Below the pieces are notes generated by a model. That model searched no databases, was not told the DNA's origin, and was given only the letters and a program-made list of their open reading frames with translations. A stretch of 64,000 nt of DNA. Origin: Candidatus Anaerobiospirillum merdipullorum. GTDB taxonomy: Bacteria > Pseudomonadota > Gammaproteobacteria > Enterobacterales > Succinivibrionaceae. The translations under genes and the position numbers were made by a program. The stretch spans positions 369-64,368 of the forward strand of contig JAHLFG010000028.1 of assembly GCA_018883895.1 (NCBI GenBank), given 5' to 3'. This document shows positions 47,762-57,589 of the stretch, piece after piece; position 1 is the stretch's first letter; every line of letters starts with the position of its first letter.

Positions 47762-48455
47762 TAATTTAAGCTTAAACCTGCCCCTTATCGGGCAGGTACA
47801 CAGCCCCTATGGGCAAAAATTTGCGGTGCCACGGCAAAGTGCCTTGGCCCCGGACGTGGTAAGTGAGCTCGAGTTTTTTGCCCCCTATGGCGATCCACAA
47901 GCCTTTATCGGCATAGAAGGCTTCTCTCATCTCCATTTAATCTTTTATTTCCATCAAGTTCCAGCCGAAGAATTTCGCGCGATGGTGCGTCCACCGCGTT
48001 TGGGTGGCAATCTCCACCTCGGGGTCTTTGCCACGCGCAGTCCCTTTAGGCCAGCACGTTTGGGCCTGTCTATCGTCAAATTGGAGCGTATCTATCAGGT
48101 AAATGGTTTGGTGCGTTTGCAGGTATCCGGCGCTGATGTGGTAGATGGCACTCCGATTGTCGATATTAAACCCTATATTCCTTTTGTTGATGCACTCCCG
48201 CATGCGCAAGGAGGCTTTGCCAGCATGCCGCCTAAGATAAAAAAGGTGGTGTTTACTTCAAGGGCGCAACAAGATCTACAGGCTTTGACAGCACGAGAGT
48301 TTAAGGCTCTGGAGCAAATTTTGGCGCAAGATCCGCGCCCGGCCTACAAGGCTGAACATGATGATCCGAAGATTTATTATGCCAAACTCTTTGGCTATAA
48401 CGTCGCTTTTGGCGTTAAGGCAGACACCGTCACGGTATTGGAGGCAGTGAAATAA
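47742..48455 (+). CDS. tsaA: tRNA (t6A37) methyltransferase TsaA (YaeB)
   Basis: IG.V.SPY..KFAVPRQ, FSHL...F.FH, RPPRLGGN...GVFATRS.FRP, VDGTP..DIKPY.PF, QDPRPAY. The start is ambiguous (47727, 47733 or 47742) and overlaps the end of rcsF. Confidence 0.88.
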   Translation: MSQKSNDNLSLNLPLIGQVHSPYGQKFAVPRQSALAPDVVSELEFFAPYGDPQAFIGIEGFSHLHLIFYFHQVPAEEFRAMVRPPRLGGNLHLGVFATRSPFRPARLGLSIVKLERIYQVNGLVRLQVSGADVVDGTPIVDIKPYIPFVDALPHAQGGFASMPPKIKKVVFTSRAQQDLQALTAREFKALEQILAQDPRPAYKAEHDDPKIYYAKLFGYNVAFGVKADTVTVLEAVK

Positions 48456-49735
48456 TGGCTTATAAGCATATTTTGTTTGATGTGGATGGCACCTTGTATG
48501 ACACTTATTTTGCCAATCAAGATGCCTTTTTTGCCGAGTTTAAGCAACGCTACCCGGAGCGTAATTTAACTACCGCGGACTTTGATGCTGTCTTTGGCCT
48601 GCCTGGCATGGAAAGTTTACGTTGCCTGGGCATCCCGGAAAATGAGCAGAAAGCTTTTATGGACGGTTGGCTTAAGGGCTGCGTGGCGCGCGGACATACG
48701 GTAAAGCTCTTTGAAGGCGTCATTCCCTTATTACAATTTTTACAGCGCTCTGGCTTTCATATGGCGGTGGTAACCTCCCGTAGGCGCCACAGCCCCTTAA
48801 ATGGCACCTTGGGGGATTGCTTGCCCTATGAGATTTTCCCGTATATTAAACGTGCGGTGTGCTCGGATGATGTCGCTCACCCCAAGCCGGCGCCTGATTC
48901 CTTAATCCACTATATGCAGCTTACTGGGGCAAAGCCTGAGGAGATTCTCTATGTGGGTGATACGGCCACCGATTTGGCTTGTGCCGATGCTGCCGGAGTA
49001 GATTTTGCGTTAGCACTGTGGGGCACGCATGAACGCGCTTTGCTCAAATGCGCCCATTATTTGCAAACTCCTTACGACCTTATCAATGTGTTAACTGCCA
49101 AGCCTGCTGATGCGCAATGGTTTGCCTGGGCGCGGGAGTTGCAAGCCATCGGACAGATTGGCCTTGCCTATTGCCGTGATATTTATGATGAAGAGCGCTT
49201 TAAGCGCCTGCGTGAAATTTCCGCTCAGATAATGGCAGTGCAATGCCATGAAGATTTAGCCAAGGTAAGAGAGAGTATTGCCTTTGATAAAGGCTATATC
49301 ACTCCCAAGGTGGATACCCGTGCGGCTATTTTCAACGCACAAGGGCAAATTCTCTTAGTGCAAGAGCGTAGCGGGCTGTGGAATCTACCGGGGGGCTGGT
49401 GTGAGGAAAATATGTCTGCCGCGCAAAGTGCCATCAAGGAAGTGCGCGAGGAGGCGGGACTTGACAGTAAGGTGGTCAAATTTATTGCGCTGATGGATCG
49501 CAATGCCCACAATACTCCCAAATTACCTTTTGGAGCCTTAAAGGTCTTTGTCGAATGTCGCGCGGCCTTAAATGATGCTCCCTTTATGCCCAATAGCGAG
49601 ACCATCGCCCGGGCTTGGTTTAGTGAAGATGACTTGCCTCTAGATAAGCTACGCTTAGATACCAATACCCATGAACAGATCTTAATGTGCTTTGCCGCCC
49701 ATCGTGATCCTAAATGGCAAACTCTCTTGGAGTAG
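48455..49735 (+). CDS. Fusion protein: N-terminal HAD phosphatase, Nudix-N-terminal-like linker, and C-terminal Nudix hydrolase
   Basis: HAD motif I (ILFDVDGTLYDT), motif II (VVTS) and motif IV (YVGDTATD). The linker reads W...RELQAIGQIGLAYCRDIYDEERF. The Nudix box is GGWCEENMSAAQSAIKEVREEAGL. The start overlaps the tsaA stop (TAATG). Confidence 0.8.
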   Translation: MAYKHILFDVDGTLYDTYFANQDAFFAEFKQRYPERNLTTADFDAVFGLPGMESLRCLGIPENEQKAFMDGWLKGCVARGHTVKLFEGVIPLLQFLQRSGFHMAVVTSRRRHSPLNGTLGDCLPYEIFPYIKRAVCSDDVAHPKPAPDSLIHYMQLTGAKPEEILYVGDTATDLACADAAGVDFALALWGTHERALLKCAHYLQTPYDLINVLTAKPADAQWFAWARELQAIGQIGLAYCRDIYDEERFKRLREISAQIMAVQCHEDLAKVRESIAFDKGYITPKVDTRAAIFNAQGQILLVQERSGLWNLPGGWCEENMSAAQSAIKEVREEAGLDSKVVKFIALMDRNAHNTPKLPFGALKVFVECRAALNDAPFMPNSETIARAWFSEDDLPLDKLRLDTNTHEQILMCFAAHRDPKWQTLLE

Positions 49736-49813
49736 TTTTTCACCCACGTGGACGCAATGCAGGTACAATTTAGTTACCAAAGAAGGAAAGCCTAAGTTTA
49801 AGGAGAGGTGAAG

Positions 49814-50563
49814 ATGCGCTTCTTAGTTGATTTGCATACGCATACCGTAGCAAGTGATCATGCATATAGCACAATCATGGACTACTTTAACTATGCTGCT
49901 GATATCGGCGTGCAGATGTTTGCCTGTACCGATCATGGTCCGGCGGTAGCGGATGCGCCGCATAAGTGGCATTTTAAGAATCTGCGCGTGATCCCGCGTA
50001 TTGTCAATGGTGTGGCGATGTTACGCGGTGCTGAGACCAATATTATGCCTTCAGGCGGGCTTGATTTGGAAGACAGCATCTTAGCCGGTCTTGATATTGT
50101 GTTGGCAGGTTTTCACCCCAATTACATGCCCACCACCAAGGAAGAGCACACCCGTCTGATGCTTGATGTCATCGCTTCAGGTAAGGTGGATGTGATAGCA
50201 CATCCGGGCAATCCCAACTATCCCTTGGATTTAGAGGCGGTGTTAACGGCGGCCAAAGAACATCAGGTGGCCATTGAAATTAATTCCTCTTCCTCGGTCA
50301 ATACCCGCATGGGCAGTCATGCCAATTGTGTCAAGGTCGCCACCTTGGCCAAGAAGATTGGCAATATTATCGCCTTAGGCACGGACGCTCACTTTGTAAC
50401 CTATATGGCAAACTTTGAGGAATCCTTAAAGGTCATAGCGGAGGCCGGTATGGGCTATGATCAGATTATCAACACCAGCCCCGCTAAGGTCTTAGATTTC
50501 TTAGAAAGCCGCGGCCATGCACCGATTAAGGAATTGCGGGCCTTCTTTACCCCGTACTCATAG
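49814..50563 (+). CDS. ycdX: PHP-domain phosphatase YcdX
   Basis: Collinear with E. coli YcdX (DLHTHTVAS.HAYST, TDHGP...DAPH.WHF.N.R..PR, HPGNP.Y, ALGTDAH). The start was moved to the ATG at 49814. Confidence 0.9.
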   Translation: MRFLVDLHTHTVASDHAYSTIMDYFNYAADIGVQMFACTDHGPAVADAPHKWHFKNLRVIPRIVNGVAMLRGAETNIMPSGGLDLEDSILAGLDIVLAGFHPNYMPTTKEEHTRLMLDVIASGKVDVIAHPGNPNYPLDLEAVLTAAKEHQVAIEINSSSSVNTRMGSHANCVKVATLAKKIGNIIALGTDAHFVTYMANFEESLKVIAEAGMGYDQIINTSPAKVLDFLESRGHAPIKELRAFFTPYS

Positions 50564-50571
50564 GAAAGAGC

Positions 50572-51120
50572 ATGCCTGATTTTCATCATCTGACGCATGA
50601 CTATAAACTGTGGCGCTTAAATGTGCGTTTGGCCGCTGGCATCCGTAAGCCCTTTAGTAAACAAGTAGGCGATTTTTCCATTGCCTCGGGTAAATCGAGC
50701 GATGTAAAGGCAGTGCTTTACTTGCATCAAGAGCTCTTTCATGCGCCGCTTTTAGGGTGGCTTAAATGGGTTTATCGGCTGCGCGCAAGTGAGCTTATGA
50801 CCGTGTTGCGCAATGGACAGGGGCAAATTATCGGTTATAGCTTGTGTATGTTCAATGTCGCTGAAGTGGGGCAACACATTGTCCATGAAGTCTATGTGGG
50901 GATTGCACCTGCCTATCATGGGCAGGGTCTTGCCACCCTCTTAAGACGTGCGGTGGTGGAAAGTTATAATCACGGCTCCTTAAGGGCCATTTCCACTTTA
51001 GCGCCGCTTGATGATGTTAAAGCCTTGCGTAGTGCACAAAAGGTGGGCTATGCCATCGTCAAGTATGCGGCTAAGCCCCCGGCTTATTATTTACTGCATG
51101 CATTAAGCAAACGGGCTTAA
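50572..51120 (+). CDS. GNAT-family N-acetyltransferase
   Basis: Acetyl-CoA-binding motif A region VYVGIAPAYHGQGLATLLRRAV, in a protein of about 180 aa. Confidence 0.65.
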   Translation: MPDFHHLTHDYKLWRLNVRLAAGIRKPFSKQVGDFSIASGKSSDVKAVLYLHQELFHAPLLGWLKWVYRLRASELMTVLRNGQGQIIGYSLCMFNVAEVGQHIVHEVYVGIAPAYHGQGLATLLRRAVVESYNHGSLRAISTLAPLDDVKALRSAQKVGYAIVKYAAKPPAYYLLHALSKRA

Positions 51121-51144
51121 TGCCAAGAGTTAAGGAGAGAAGTA

Positions 51145-52074
51145 ATGTCTACCCCTTATCAGACCTTAAATCATGCCTATGATAATTCCTTGGTCTCCAA
51201 TGCCTTTGGCTTTTTACGCCTGCCGCTTGATTTTACGCCCTATGAGGGCGATGCGCAGGCGGTGATCACCGGCGTGCCTTTTGATATGGCGGTTTCCGGG
51301 CGCTCGGGCACTCGTTATGGTCCTGAGGCGATGCGGCGCATGTCGATGCACCTTGCCTGGGAGCATTGCCGCTTCCCCTGGCAGTTTTGCCTGACGGACA
51401 AGCTTAAGGTTTGTGATTGTGGTGATTTGGTCTATACCTTTGGTGATGTCAATGACTTTGTTGACAAATTATCCACCCATGCACAGAAGTTAGCTTCTGC
51501 CCATAAGGTGCCGTTGTCCTTAGGTGGCGATCATTTCATTACCTTGCCGCTTTTACGCGGTTTAAGTCAGGTGCACGGTAAGCTTGCCTTGGTGCACTTT
51601 GATGCCCATAGCGATACTTATGCCCAAGGTAGCATCTGTGATCATGGCACCATGTTCCATCATGCTCCGCAAGAGGGTCTTATCGATGTCGCGCACAGCG
51701 TGCAAATTGGTATTCGGACTGAGTATGATCCGCAAGATGGTTTCTTAGTCTTAAGCGGTCCGCAGGCCAATGAGATGACGCCTGACGAAATCGCTGCGGC
51801 CATTATCGCCCGTTGCGGGGATTTGCCGGTGTATTTAAGCTTTGATATTGATTGTTTGGATCCTGCCTATGCTCCGGGTACTGGAACGCCAGTTTTAGGT
51901 GGTTTGAGCTCGGATGTCATCTTAAAGGTCTTGCGTAAGCTGCAGCCTTTAAACTTAGTGGGCATGGATGTGGTGGAAGTATCACCGCCTTATGATCATG
52001 GTGATATTACGGCGCTAGCTGGAGCCACCTTGGCCTTAGAGATGCTCTATGTGCTGGCAAGTAAGCAAGACTAG
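51145..52074 (+). CDS. speB: Agmatinase
   Basis: Collinear with E. coli SpeB ([70 protein letters not shown]). Confidence 0.97.
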   Translation: MSTPYQTLNHAYDNSLVSNAFGFLRLPLDFTPYEGDAQAVITGVPFDMAVSGRSGTRYGPEAMRRMSMHLAWEHCRFPWQFCLTDKLKVCDCGDLVYTFGDVNDFVDKLSTHAQKLASAHKVPLSLGGDHFITLPLLRGLSQVHGKLALVHFDAHSDTYAQGSICDHGTMFHHAPQEGLIDVAHSVQIGIRTEYDPQDGFLVLSGPQANEMTPDEIAAAIIARCGDLPVYLSFDIDCLDPAYAPGTGTPVLGGLSSDVILKVLRKLQPLNLVGMDVVEVSPPYDHGDITALAGATLALEMLYVLASKQD

Positions 52075-52084
52075 TACAAACGGT

Positions 52085-52105
52085 GGGCGCGTAAGTTACG
52101 CGCCC
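52085..52105. terminator. Hairpin between convergent speB and the HAD hydrolase gene
   Basis: GGGCGCGTAA-g-TTACGCGCCC inverted repeat. Confidence 0.6.
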
Positions 52106-52113
52106 TCATTATC

Positions 52114-52737
52114 TTAGCGTTTAAATCTAAAGCCCGTCAGGCGGGTAATTTCGGCCTTGGTAGCCTGGAAATCAACACAGTGAATGGCGGCAATACCCAT
52201 CGCCCGGCTGGTGCGTACATTAGGTAGCGAGTCGTCGATAAATAAGGATTCACGGGTCACAATGCCGGTCTTGTGAATTAAGCGCTCAAAGATTAAGGGC
52301 TCGGGTTTCTTTAAATGCTCATAGCCCGAGACAATGACCTTGGCAAAGCTATTTTTTAAGAAGGGGTAGGTGTTAAAGGCATAATCGATGGTTTCAGCTG
52401 ACCAATTGGTAAGGCCAAAGAGATGGAACTCACCACTTTCCTTTAATTCTTCCAACATGGCCACGCCTTCAGGGATCGGGCCTTTGAGCATCTTGGGCCA
52501 GCCTTCAAAGTACATCCCAATTTCGCGGGCAAATTCAGGGTGTTCAGCCTGCTTTTCTTTAATACACTCAGCAAAGGAACGACCCTCATCCATTTGGGCA
52601 TTCCATTCTGGGGTGCAGATGTTTTGAATAAAGGCATCAGCTTTGGCGGCATCGTGGAATACTTCGTTATAAAAATAACGCGGATTCCAATCCATTAAGA
52701 CCCCGCCAAAATCAAAAATGATGTTTTTAATGCTCAC
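52114..52737 (-). CDS. HAD-superfamily hydrolase, subfamily IA
   Basis: Motif I (IIFDFGGVLMDW), motif II (LTNWS) and motif IV (FIDDS..N). Confidence 0.8.
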   Translation of the reverse strand: MSIKNIIFDFGGVLMDWNPRYFYNEVFHDAAKADAFIQNICTPEWNAQMDEGRSFAECIKEKQAEHPEFAREIGMYFEGWPKMLKGPIPEGVAMLEELKESGEFHLFGLTNWSAETIDYAFNTYPFLKNSFAKVIVSGYEHLKKPEPLIFERLIHKTGIVTRESLFIDDSLPNVRTSRAMGIAAIHCVDFQATKAEITRLTGFRFKR

Positions 52738-52915
52738 AACTTACTCCTGATAAAAAATTAGGGCGTTCGGTCAATTTTGCCAGAAAGTTGCCTGTGGATA
52801 AAGGTAAAAAATAAAAAATTTCACTAAGTAAAAATGCTACAATTTCTGCCAAACATCCATACAAAGAACAGTTGCCAACAGGTAGGCACTGCGCTACTAA
52901 TCAGGAGATTTTGGT

Positions 52916-53677
52916 ATGTCAAGTAAGTTCATGCAGACGGTCAAGCTGATGTCTGTTGCCGCGGCTTTGACTTTTGGAGCGGTTAGTACCGCGCAGGCCG
53001 CTGAGGTGTTACGTGTGGGCACCGAGGCTACCTATGCCCCGTTTGAGTTTATGGGCGATGACGGCAAGGAAATCGGTTATGACATCGATATCGTCAAGGC
53101 TATCGGTGAAATCGAGGGCTTTGAGGTAGAAATCGTCAACATGGGCTTTGACGCCTTAATCCCGTCCTTATTAACCTCACAGATTGATGCGGTTATCGCG
53201 GCGATGACGATTACCCCGGAGCGTGCAGCGCGCGTGGACTTTACCGCCCCGTACTACAATTCAGGCTTAAGCGTGCTGATTCGTGAAAGCGACAAGGACA
53301 AGTACAAGACTTTAGCTGACTTAAAGGGTGCGACCTTATGTGGTCAGATCGGTACTACCGGTGCTAAGAAGGCCGAAGAGCTGTCCGGTGGCAATTCTAA
53401 GAGCTATAACTATGAGTCTGAGGTCTTCAATGAGCTCAAGGCCGGTGGTTGTGATGGCGCGGTCAATGACCGTCCGGTCAACCTCTACTTCTTAGCTACT
53501 TCTCATGCCGAAGATATTGTGGAAATGAGCGAGATGATTACCTCCGAGCAGTATGGTATTGCGGTGAAGAAGGGTAATCAGGAATTACTAGATAAGCTCA
53601 ATGCCGGCTTAAAGAAGATCCACGAGAACGGCACTTTTGCCAAGATCCACGCCAAGTGGTTCAAGGTAGCTGAATAA
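52916..53677 (+). CDS. Polar amino-acid ABC transporter substrate-binding protein (GlnH/ArtJ-like)
   Basis: Signal peptide, then LRVGTEATYAPFEF.....G.E.GYDIDI..AI and the family 3 SBP pattern. Confidence 0.88.
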   Translation: MSSKFMQTVKLMSVAAALTFGAVSTAQAAEVLRVGTEATYAPFEFMGDDGKEIGYDIDIVKAIGEIEGFEVEIVNMGFDALIPSLLTSQIDAVIAAMTITPERAARVDFTAPYYNSGLSVLIRESDKDKYKTLADLKGATLCGQIGTTGAKKAEELSGGNSKSYNYESEVFNELKAGGCDGAVNDRPVNLYFLATSHAEDIVEMSEMITSEQYGIAVKKGNQELLDKLNAGLKKIHENGTFAKIHAKWFKVAE

Positions 53678-53741
53678 TATTGATGTGTGACATAAAAGTA
53701 CATTAGCGCAGGCTAATGTACTTTTTTCTATTTTTAAGTTT

Positions 53742-54392
53742 ATGACTTTTGATTTTTCGCTGATTACGGACCATTTGCCGCTCCTCTTGGTAGGCGCATT
53801 GGTTACCATTGAAATCACTGCCGTATCGGTGGCGATCGGCACCATGATTGGTCTTTTTGTCGGTATTGCCGAATTATCGGGTTATCGCTGCTTGCGCCTG
53901 CCGGCTAAGATCTATGTTGATTTCATCCGTGGCACCCCGCTCTTGGTGCAGATTTTCATCATTTATTTTGCCTTGCCGATTGTGCTCGGGACGCGCATTG
54001 AACCCTTTGTCGCGGCGGTGGCCGCCTGCTCGATTAATTCTGGCGCCTATGTGGCCGAAATTTTCCGCGCCGGTATTCAATCGATTGATAAAGGGCAGAT
54101 GGAAGCAGGGCGCTCTTTGGGTATGAGCTGGGGACAGACCATGTTTAATATCGTCATCCCGCAGGCTTTCCGGCGCACCATCCCGCAATTGGGTAACGAA
54201 TTTATCGCCATGCTCAAGGATTCGTCCTTGGTGTCGGTAATTGGTTTTGAGGAATTGACGCGTAAGGGTCAGCTCATCATTGCCTCTACTTACGGCTCGC
54301 TGGAGATTTGGTCGGCCGTGGCCATTATCTATCTGGTGATGACCTTATCCATTACCCGCTTTGTCGCGTATTTAGAGAAGAGGTTCCACTGA
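53742..54392 (+). CDS. Polar amino-acid ABC transporter permease (HisM/GlnP family)
   Basis: EAA-like loop ([28 protein letters not shown]). 216 aa. Confidence 0.9.
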   Translation: MTFDFSLITDHLPLLLVGALVTIEITAVSVAIGTMIGLFVGIAELSGYRCLRLPAKIYVDFIRGTPLLVQIFIIYFALPIVLGTRIEPFVAAVAACSINSGAYVAEIFRAGIQSIDKGQMEAGRSLGMSWGQTMFNIVIPQAFRRTIPQLGNEFIAMLKDSSLVSVIGFEELTRKGQLIIASTYGSLEIWSAVAIIYLVMTLSITRFVAYLEKRFH

Positions 54393-55111
54393 TGATCATC
54401 ATTAAAGATCTGCACAAGAGCTTTGGCGATAAGGAAATTCTTAAAGGCATTAACTTACACGTCAAAAAGAGCGAAGTGGTGGTGGTCATCGGCCCGTCCG
54501 GCTCGGGTAAGTCGACCATGCTGCGCTGCGTCAATTATTTGGAAGTGCCCAGCTCCGGCAGCATTACCATTGATGGGCAGACCATTACCCGCGAGGTGAA
54601 CATCAATACCATCCGCGCCGAGGTAGGAATGGTGTTTCAGCACTTCAACCTTTTCCCGCATATGACGGTGCTTGAAAATATCATGTTGGCACCGATTAAG
54701 GTGCGCAAGCTAAGTGAAGCTGAGGCCCGCAAGATTGCCCTGCAACTTTTAGAGCGCGTGGGACTTGCCGATAAGGCGCAAGCACGTCCGGCACAATTAT
54801 CAGGCGGACAGCAACAGCGTGTGGCTATTGCCCGGGCTTTGGCGATGCGCCCTAAGATCATGCTTTTTGATGAGCCGACTTCAGCCCTTGATCCGGAGAT
54901 GGTCAATGAAGTGCTAGATGCGATGAAAACCTTGGCCGAAAGTGGCATGACCATGATGGTAGTTACCCATGAAATGGGCTTTGCCCGTCAGGTGGCCAAT
55001 CGCGTGCTCTTTATGGATGGTGGGCGCATTATTGAAGAAGGCACCCCGGAGCAGGTTTTTGCGCATGCCAAGGAGCCGCGCACGCAAGAGTTCTTATCTA
55101 AGATTTTATAA
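54392..55111 (+). CDS. Polar amino-acid ABC transporter ATP-binding protein (GlnQ-like)
   Basis: Walker A (GPSGSGKST), signature ([15 protein letters not shown]) and Walker B ([11 protein letters not shown]). The ATG overlaps the permease stop (ATGA). Confidence 0.93.
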   Translation: MIIIKDLHKSFGDKEILKGINLHVKKSEVVVVIGPSGSGKSTMLRCVNYLEVPSSGSITIDGQTITREVNINTIRAEVGMVFQHFNLFPHMTVLENIMLAPIKVRKLSEAEARKIALQLLERVGLADKAQARPAQLSGGQQQRVAIARALAMRPKIMLFDEPTSALDPEMVNEVLDAMKTLAESGMTMMVVTHEMGFARQVANRVLFMDGGRIIEEGTPEQVFAHAKEPRTQEFLSKIL

Positions 55112-55118
55112 GGAGCCT

Positions 55119-56171
55119 ATGCAGACCCCTACGGCCAATCAAAAAGCGGCTTTTGATCCTAAGGCCTGGCGCCTACTCATAAAGCCGCGTTATTTCTTTT
55201 CATGGGTTTCTTTAGGGATGCTGGCCTTATTGGCCTTCATCCCCAATCGTCTGCGCGATGCTTTATGTATTGCGCTGTCCTTTGTTCTCACCCTCATCCC
55301 GACGCGTCCGCGGCGTTTGGCCTATGCCAATTTACGTACCGCCTTCCCGCAGTACAGTGCCAAAGAGTGTCGCCGGATGTTTCGCCGTATGACCGCCGTG
55401 GGGCTATGTGTCTTTGCCGGCTACGCCGAGCCTTCAGTCTTACCTCGCGCGCTTTTAAAACGGCGCTGGAAGGTGGTGGGAGCGGAATATCTAGAGAAGG
55501 CTAAGGCCCGGGGCAAGGCGATTATCTTTGTCGCGCCGCACGCTTTAGCTATCGATCGCTGTGGACTGTATCTTTCCTATAGCGGCATTGAGATGTGCAC
55601 CATGGTGCATCAGCAAAGAAATCCGGTCTATGATTGGTTCTTAAATGCCCAGCGTTTACGCTTTGGCGGTGCAGTCTATGAGCGCAGTAGTGGCTTGCGC
55701 ACCTTAATTCGCGAATTACGCGCCGGCAGATCGTGCTTTTTCCTGCCCGATCAGGACTTAGGGCGCGCCAACAGCCTCTTTTGTGACTTTTTGGGGGTGC
55801 CCAAGGCCACCGTGACCACCTTGCCAAAATTGGCCGGGGTCAGTAAGGCGAGCGTGATGCAACTTTTTTCGGTGTATAACTTAAAGACCGCCTGTTATGA
55901 AGTGCATTTTTCCCCTATCTTTGAAAATTATCCTAGCGGCAATTTACTGCAAGATTTGCGCTATATGAATCAGGTGATTGAGGATAAGGTGCGTCAATTC
56001 CCGGAACAATATATGTGGTTTTTGCGCTACTTTAAATCAAGGCCTACTAGGGATTATCCCAATATCTACGCCAATTTACATTTCTCTTCTTTTAAAAAGG
56101 GCGCGGCGATCGATTACGCTGGTCGTAGACGTCCTTATCTTGACCCGCGCGCCACGCACAAGAGCGACTGA
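55119..56171 (+). CDS. Lipid A biosynthesis (Kdo)2-lipid IVA acyltransferase, LpxL/LpxM family
   Basis: The N-terminal hydrophobic anchor after PRYFFSWV, the PDQD region, and the C-terminal PEQYMWF.RYFK.RP match the HtrB/MsbB family. The start was moved to the ATG after AAGGAG. Confidence 0.8.
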   Translation: MQTPTANQKAAFDPKAWRLLIKPRYFFSWVSLGMLALLAFIPNRLRDALCIALSFVLTLIPTRPRRLAYANLRTAFPQYSAKECRRMFRRMTAVGLCVFAGYAEPSVLPRALLKRRWKVVGAEYLEKAKARGKAIIFVAPHALAIDRCGLYLSYSGIEMCTMVHQQRNPVYDWFLNAQRLRFGGAVYERSSGLRTLIRELRAGRSCFFLPDQDLGRANSLFCDFLGVPKATVTTLPKLAGVSKASVMQLFSVYNLKTACYEVHFSPIFENYPSGNLLQDLRYMNQVIEDKVRQFPEQYMWFLRYFKSRPTRDYPNIYANLHFSSFKKGAAIDYAGRRRPYLDPRATHKSD

Positions 56172-56324
56172 GGGCGCGCTCCCGTCACCTTTTAGCTAGG
56201 CTCTGCTAGAGGCAAATATTTTATTTTGTGATCTGCATCATAATGTGCAGATTATGCTATATTCTGAGCAGTTTTTAGGCACGGTCATCTGCCGTTTACG
56301 GCAGTTTTAACTGAAGGTAATGTC

Positions 56325-57521
56325 ATGTTTTTTGATCATATTGAAATGGCTCCGGCTGATCCGATCTTAGGCTTAACTGATGCTTACAAGAACGATACCA
56401 ACCCCAATAAGATTAATTTGGGTGTGGGCGTTTATCAAAACGAGGACGGAATTACTCCGGTGCTCGATTGCGTTAAGCAGGCCGAAAAGAAACTGTTGGA
56501 TACCGAGACTTCTAAGTCTTACCTGCCCATTACCGGCTTACCTGAATATGGCCGTTTAGTCCAAGAATTAGTATTTGGTCCGAACAGTGATATTATCGCC
56601 AATAAGCGTGCAGTTACCTGCCACTGCCCGGGCGGTACCGGTGCTTTACGTATTGGCGCAGATTTCTTAAAGCAGCAACAAGTGGTCAAGCGCGTGTGGA
56701 TTTCGGATCCGACCTGGGCTAATCACTATCAGATTGCAACGGTTGCTGGTCTTAAGTATGAGCGCTATCCGTACTATGACAAGACCACGCATGGTCTGGC
56801 CTTTGATGCCATGATGGCTTGCTTAGAGCAGGCTGAGGAAGGCGATGCCGTCTTATTCCACGCTTGCTGCCATAATCCTACCGGTATTGATCCGACCGTA
56901 GAGCAATGGGAGCAGATTGCTGACTTATTAAATCGTAAGCATCTGTTACCGTTTATGGACTTTGCCTATCAGGGCTTTGGCCATGGTATTGAAGAAGATG
57001 CTCAGGGCGTGCGCATTATCGCCTCACGTTGCCCGGAGATGTTAATTGCCAGCTCCTTCTCCAAGAACTTAGGCCTCTACAATGAGCGTGTCGGTGCTTT
57101 GACCATTGTCAGCGCCACTGCTGAGGCGGCTGCCACCGTCTTATCGCAGTTAAAGATTGCGGTGCGTACCGCCATTTCCAATCCGCCGGCTCACGGTGAG
57201 AAGATTGTGACCACGGTGCTGTCTGATCCGCAGTTACGCGCCCGCTGGGAAGAAGAGCTGACTGAGATGTGCACTCGTATCCGTGAGATGCGCGTGCTCT
57301 TAGCGGCCAAGCTCAAGGCTGCCGGTGCCGGTGACTTTGACTTTGTGGTCGAGCAAAATGGTATGTTCTCCTTCTCGGGCTTAGAGAAGGCTCAGGTCGA
57401 GCGCCTGAAGAAAGAATTTGGTATCTATATCGTAGGCTCAGGGCGCATTTGCGTGGCCGGCATCAATCATCGCAATATTGACACCTTAGTCAATGCTATT
57501 GCGACGGTGATCAAAGACTAA
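56325..57521 (+). CDS. aspC: Aspartate (aromatic-family) aminotransferase
   Basis: Collinear with E. coli AspC (APADPILGL, INLG.GVY..E.G.TPVL, HNPTG.DPT.EQW, SSFSKN.GLYNERVG, NPPAHG). Confidence 0.93.
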   Translation: MFFDHIEMAPADPILGLTDAYKNDTNPNKINLGVGVYQNEDGITPVLDCVKQAEKKLLDTETSKSYLPITGLPEYGRLVQELVFGPNSDIIANKRAVTCHCPGGTGALRIGADFLKQQQVVKRVWISDPTWANHYQIATVAGLKYERYPYYDKTTHGLAFDAMMACLEQAEEGDAVLFHACCHNPTGIDPTVEQWEQIADLLNRKHLLPFMDFAYQGFGHGIEEDAQGVRIIASRCPEMLIASSFSKNLGLYNERVGALTIVSATAEAAATVLSQLKIAVRTAISNPPAHGEKIVTTVLSDPQLRARWEEELTEMCTRIREMRVLLAAKLKAAGAGDFDFVVEQNGMFSFSGLEKAQVERLKKEFGIYIVGSGRICVAGINHRNIDTLVNAIATVIKD

Positions 57522-57547
57522 GCCTTAACGAAAGCAGGCTTAAAGAG

Positions 57548-57575
57548 CAAACGGGCACTTTTATGTGCCCGTTTG
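57548..57575. terminator. Bidirectional terminator between aspC and the PfkB-family kinase gene
   Basis: CAAACGGGCAC-ttttat-GTGCCCGTTTG: an 11-bp perfect stem. Confidence 0.75.
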
Positions 57576-57589
57576 TGGTTTAAGGTGGC

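Noticed and set aside
52793-52801. Perfect consensus DnaA box TGTGGATAA between the HAD hydrolase and the amino-acid ABC transporter operon
   Set aside because: It is a single isolated 9-mer. About one chance occurrence is expected in 64 kb on two strands, and there is no clustering or AT-rich unwinding element. It is nevertheless relevant as a reminder that the array at 28-590 does not use this canonical sequence.
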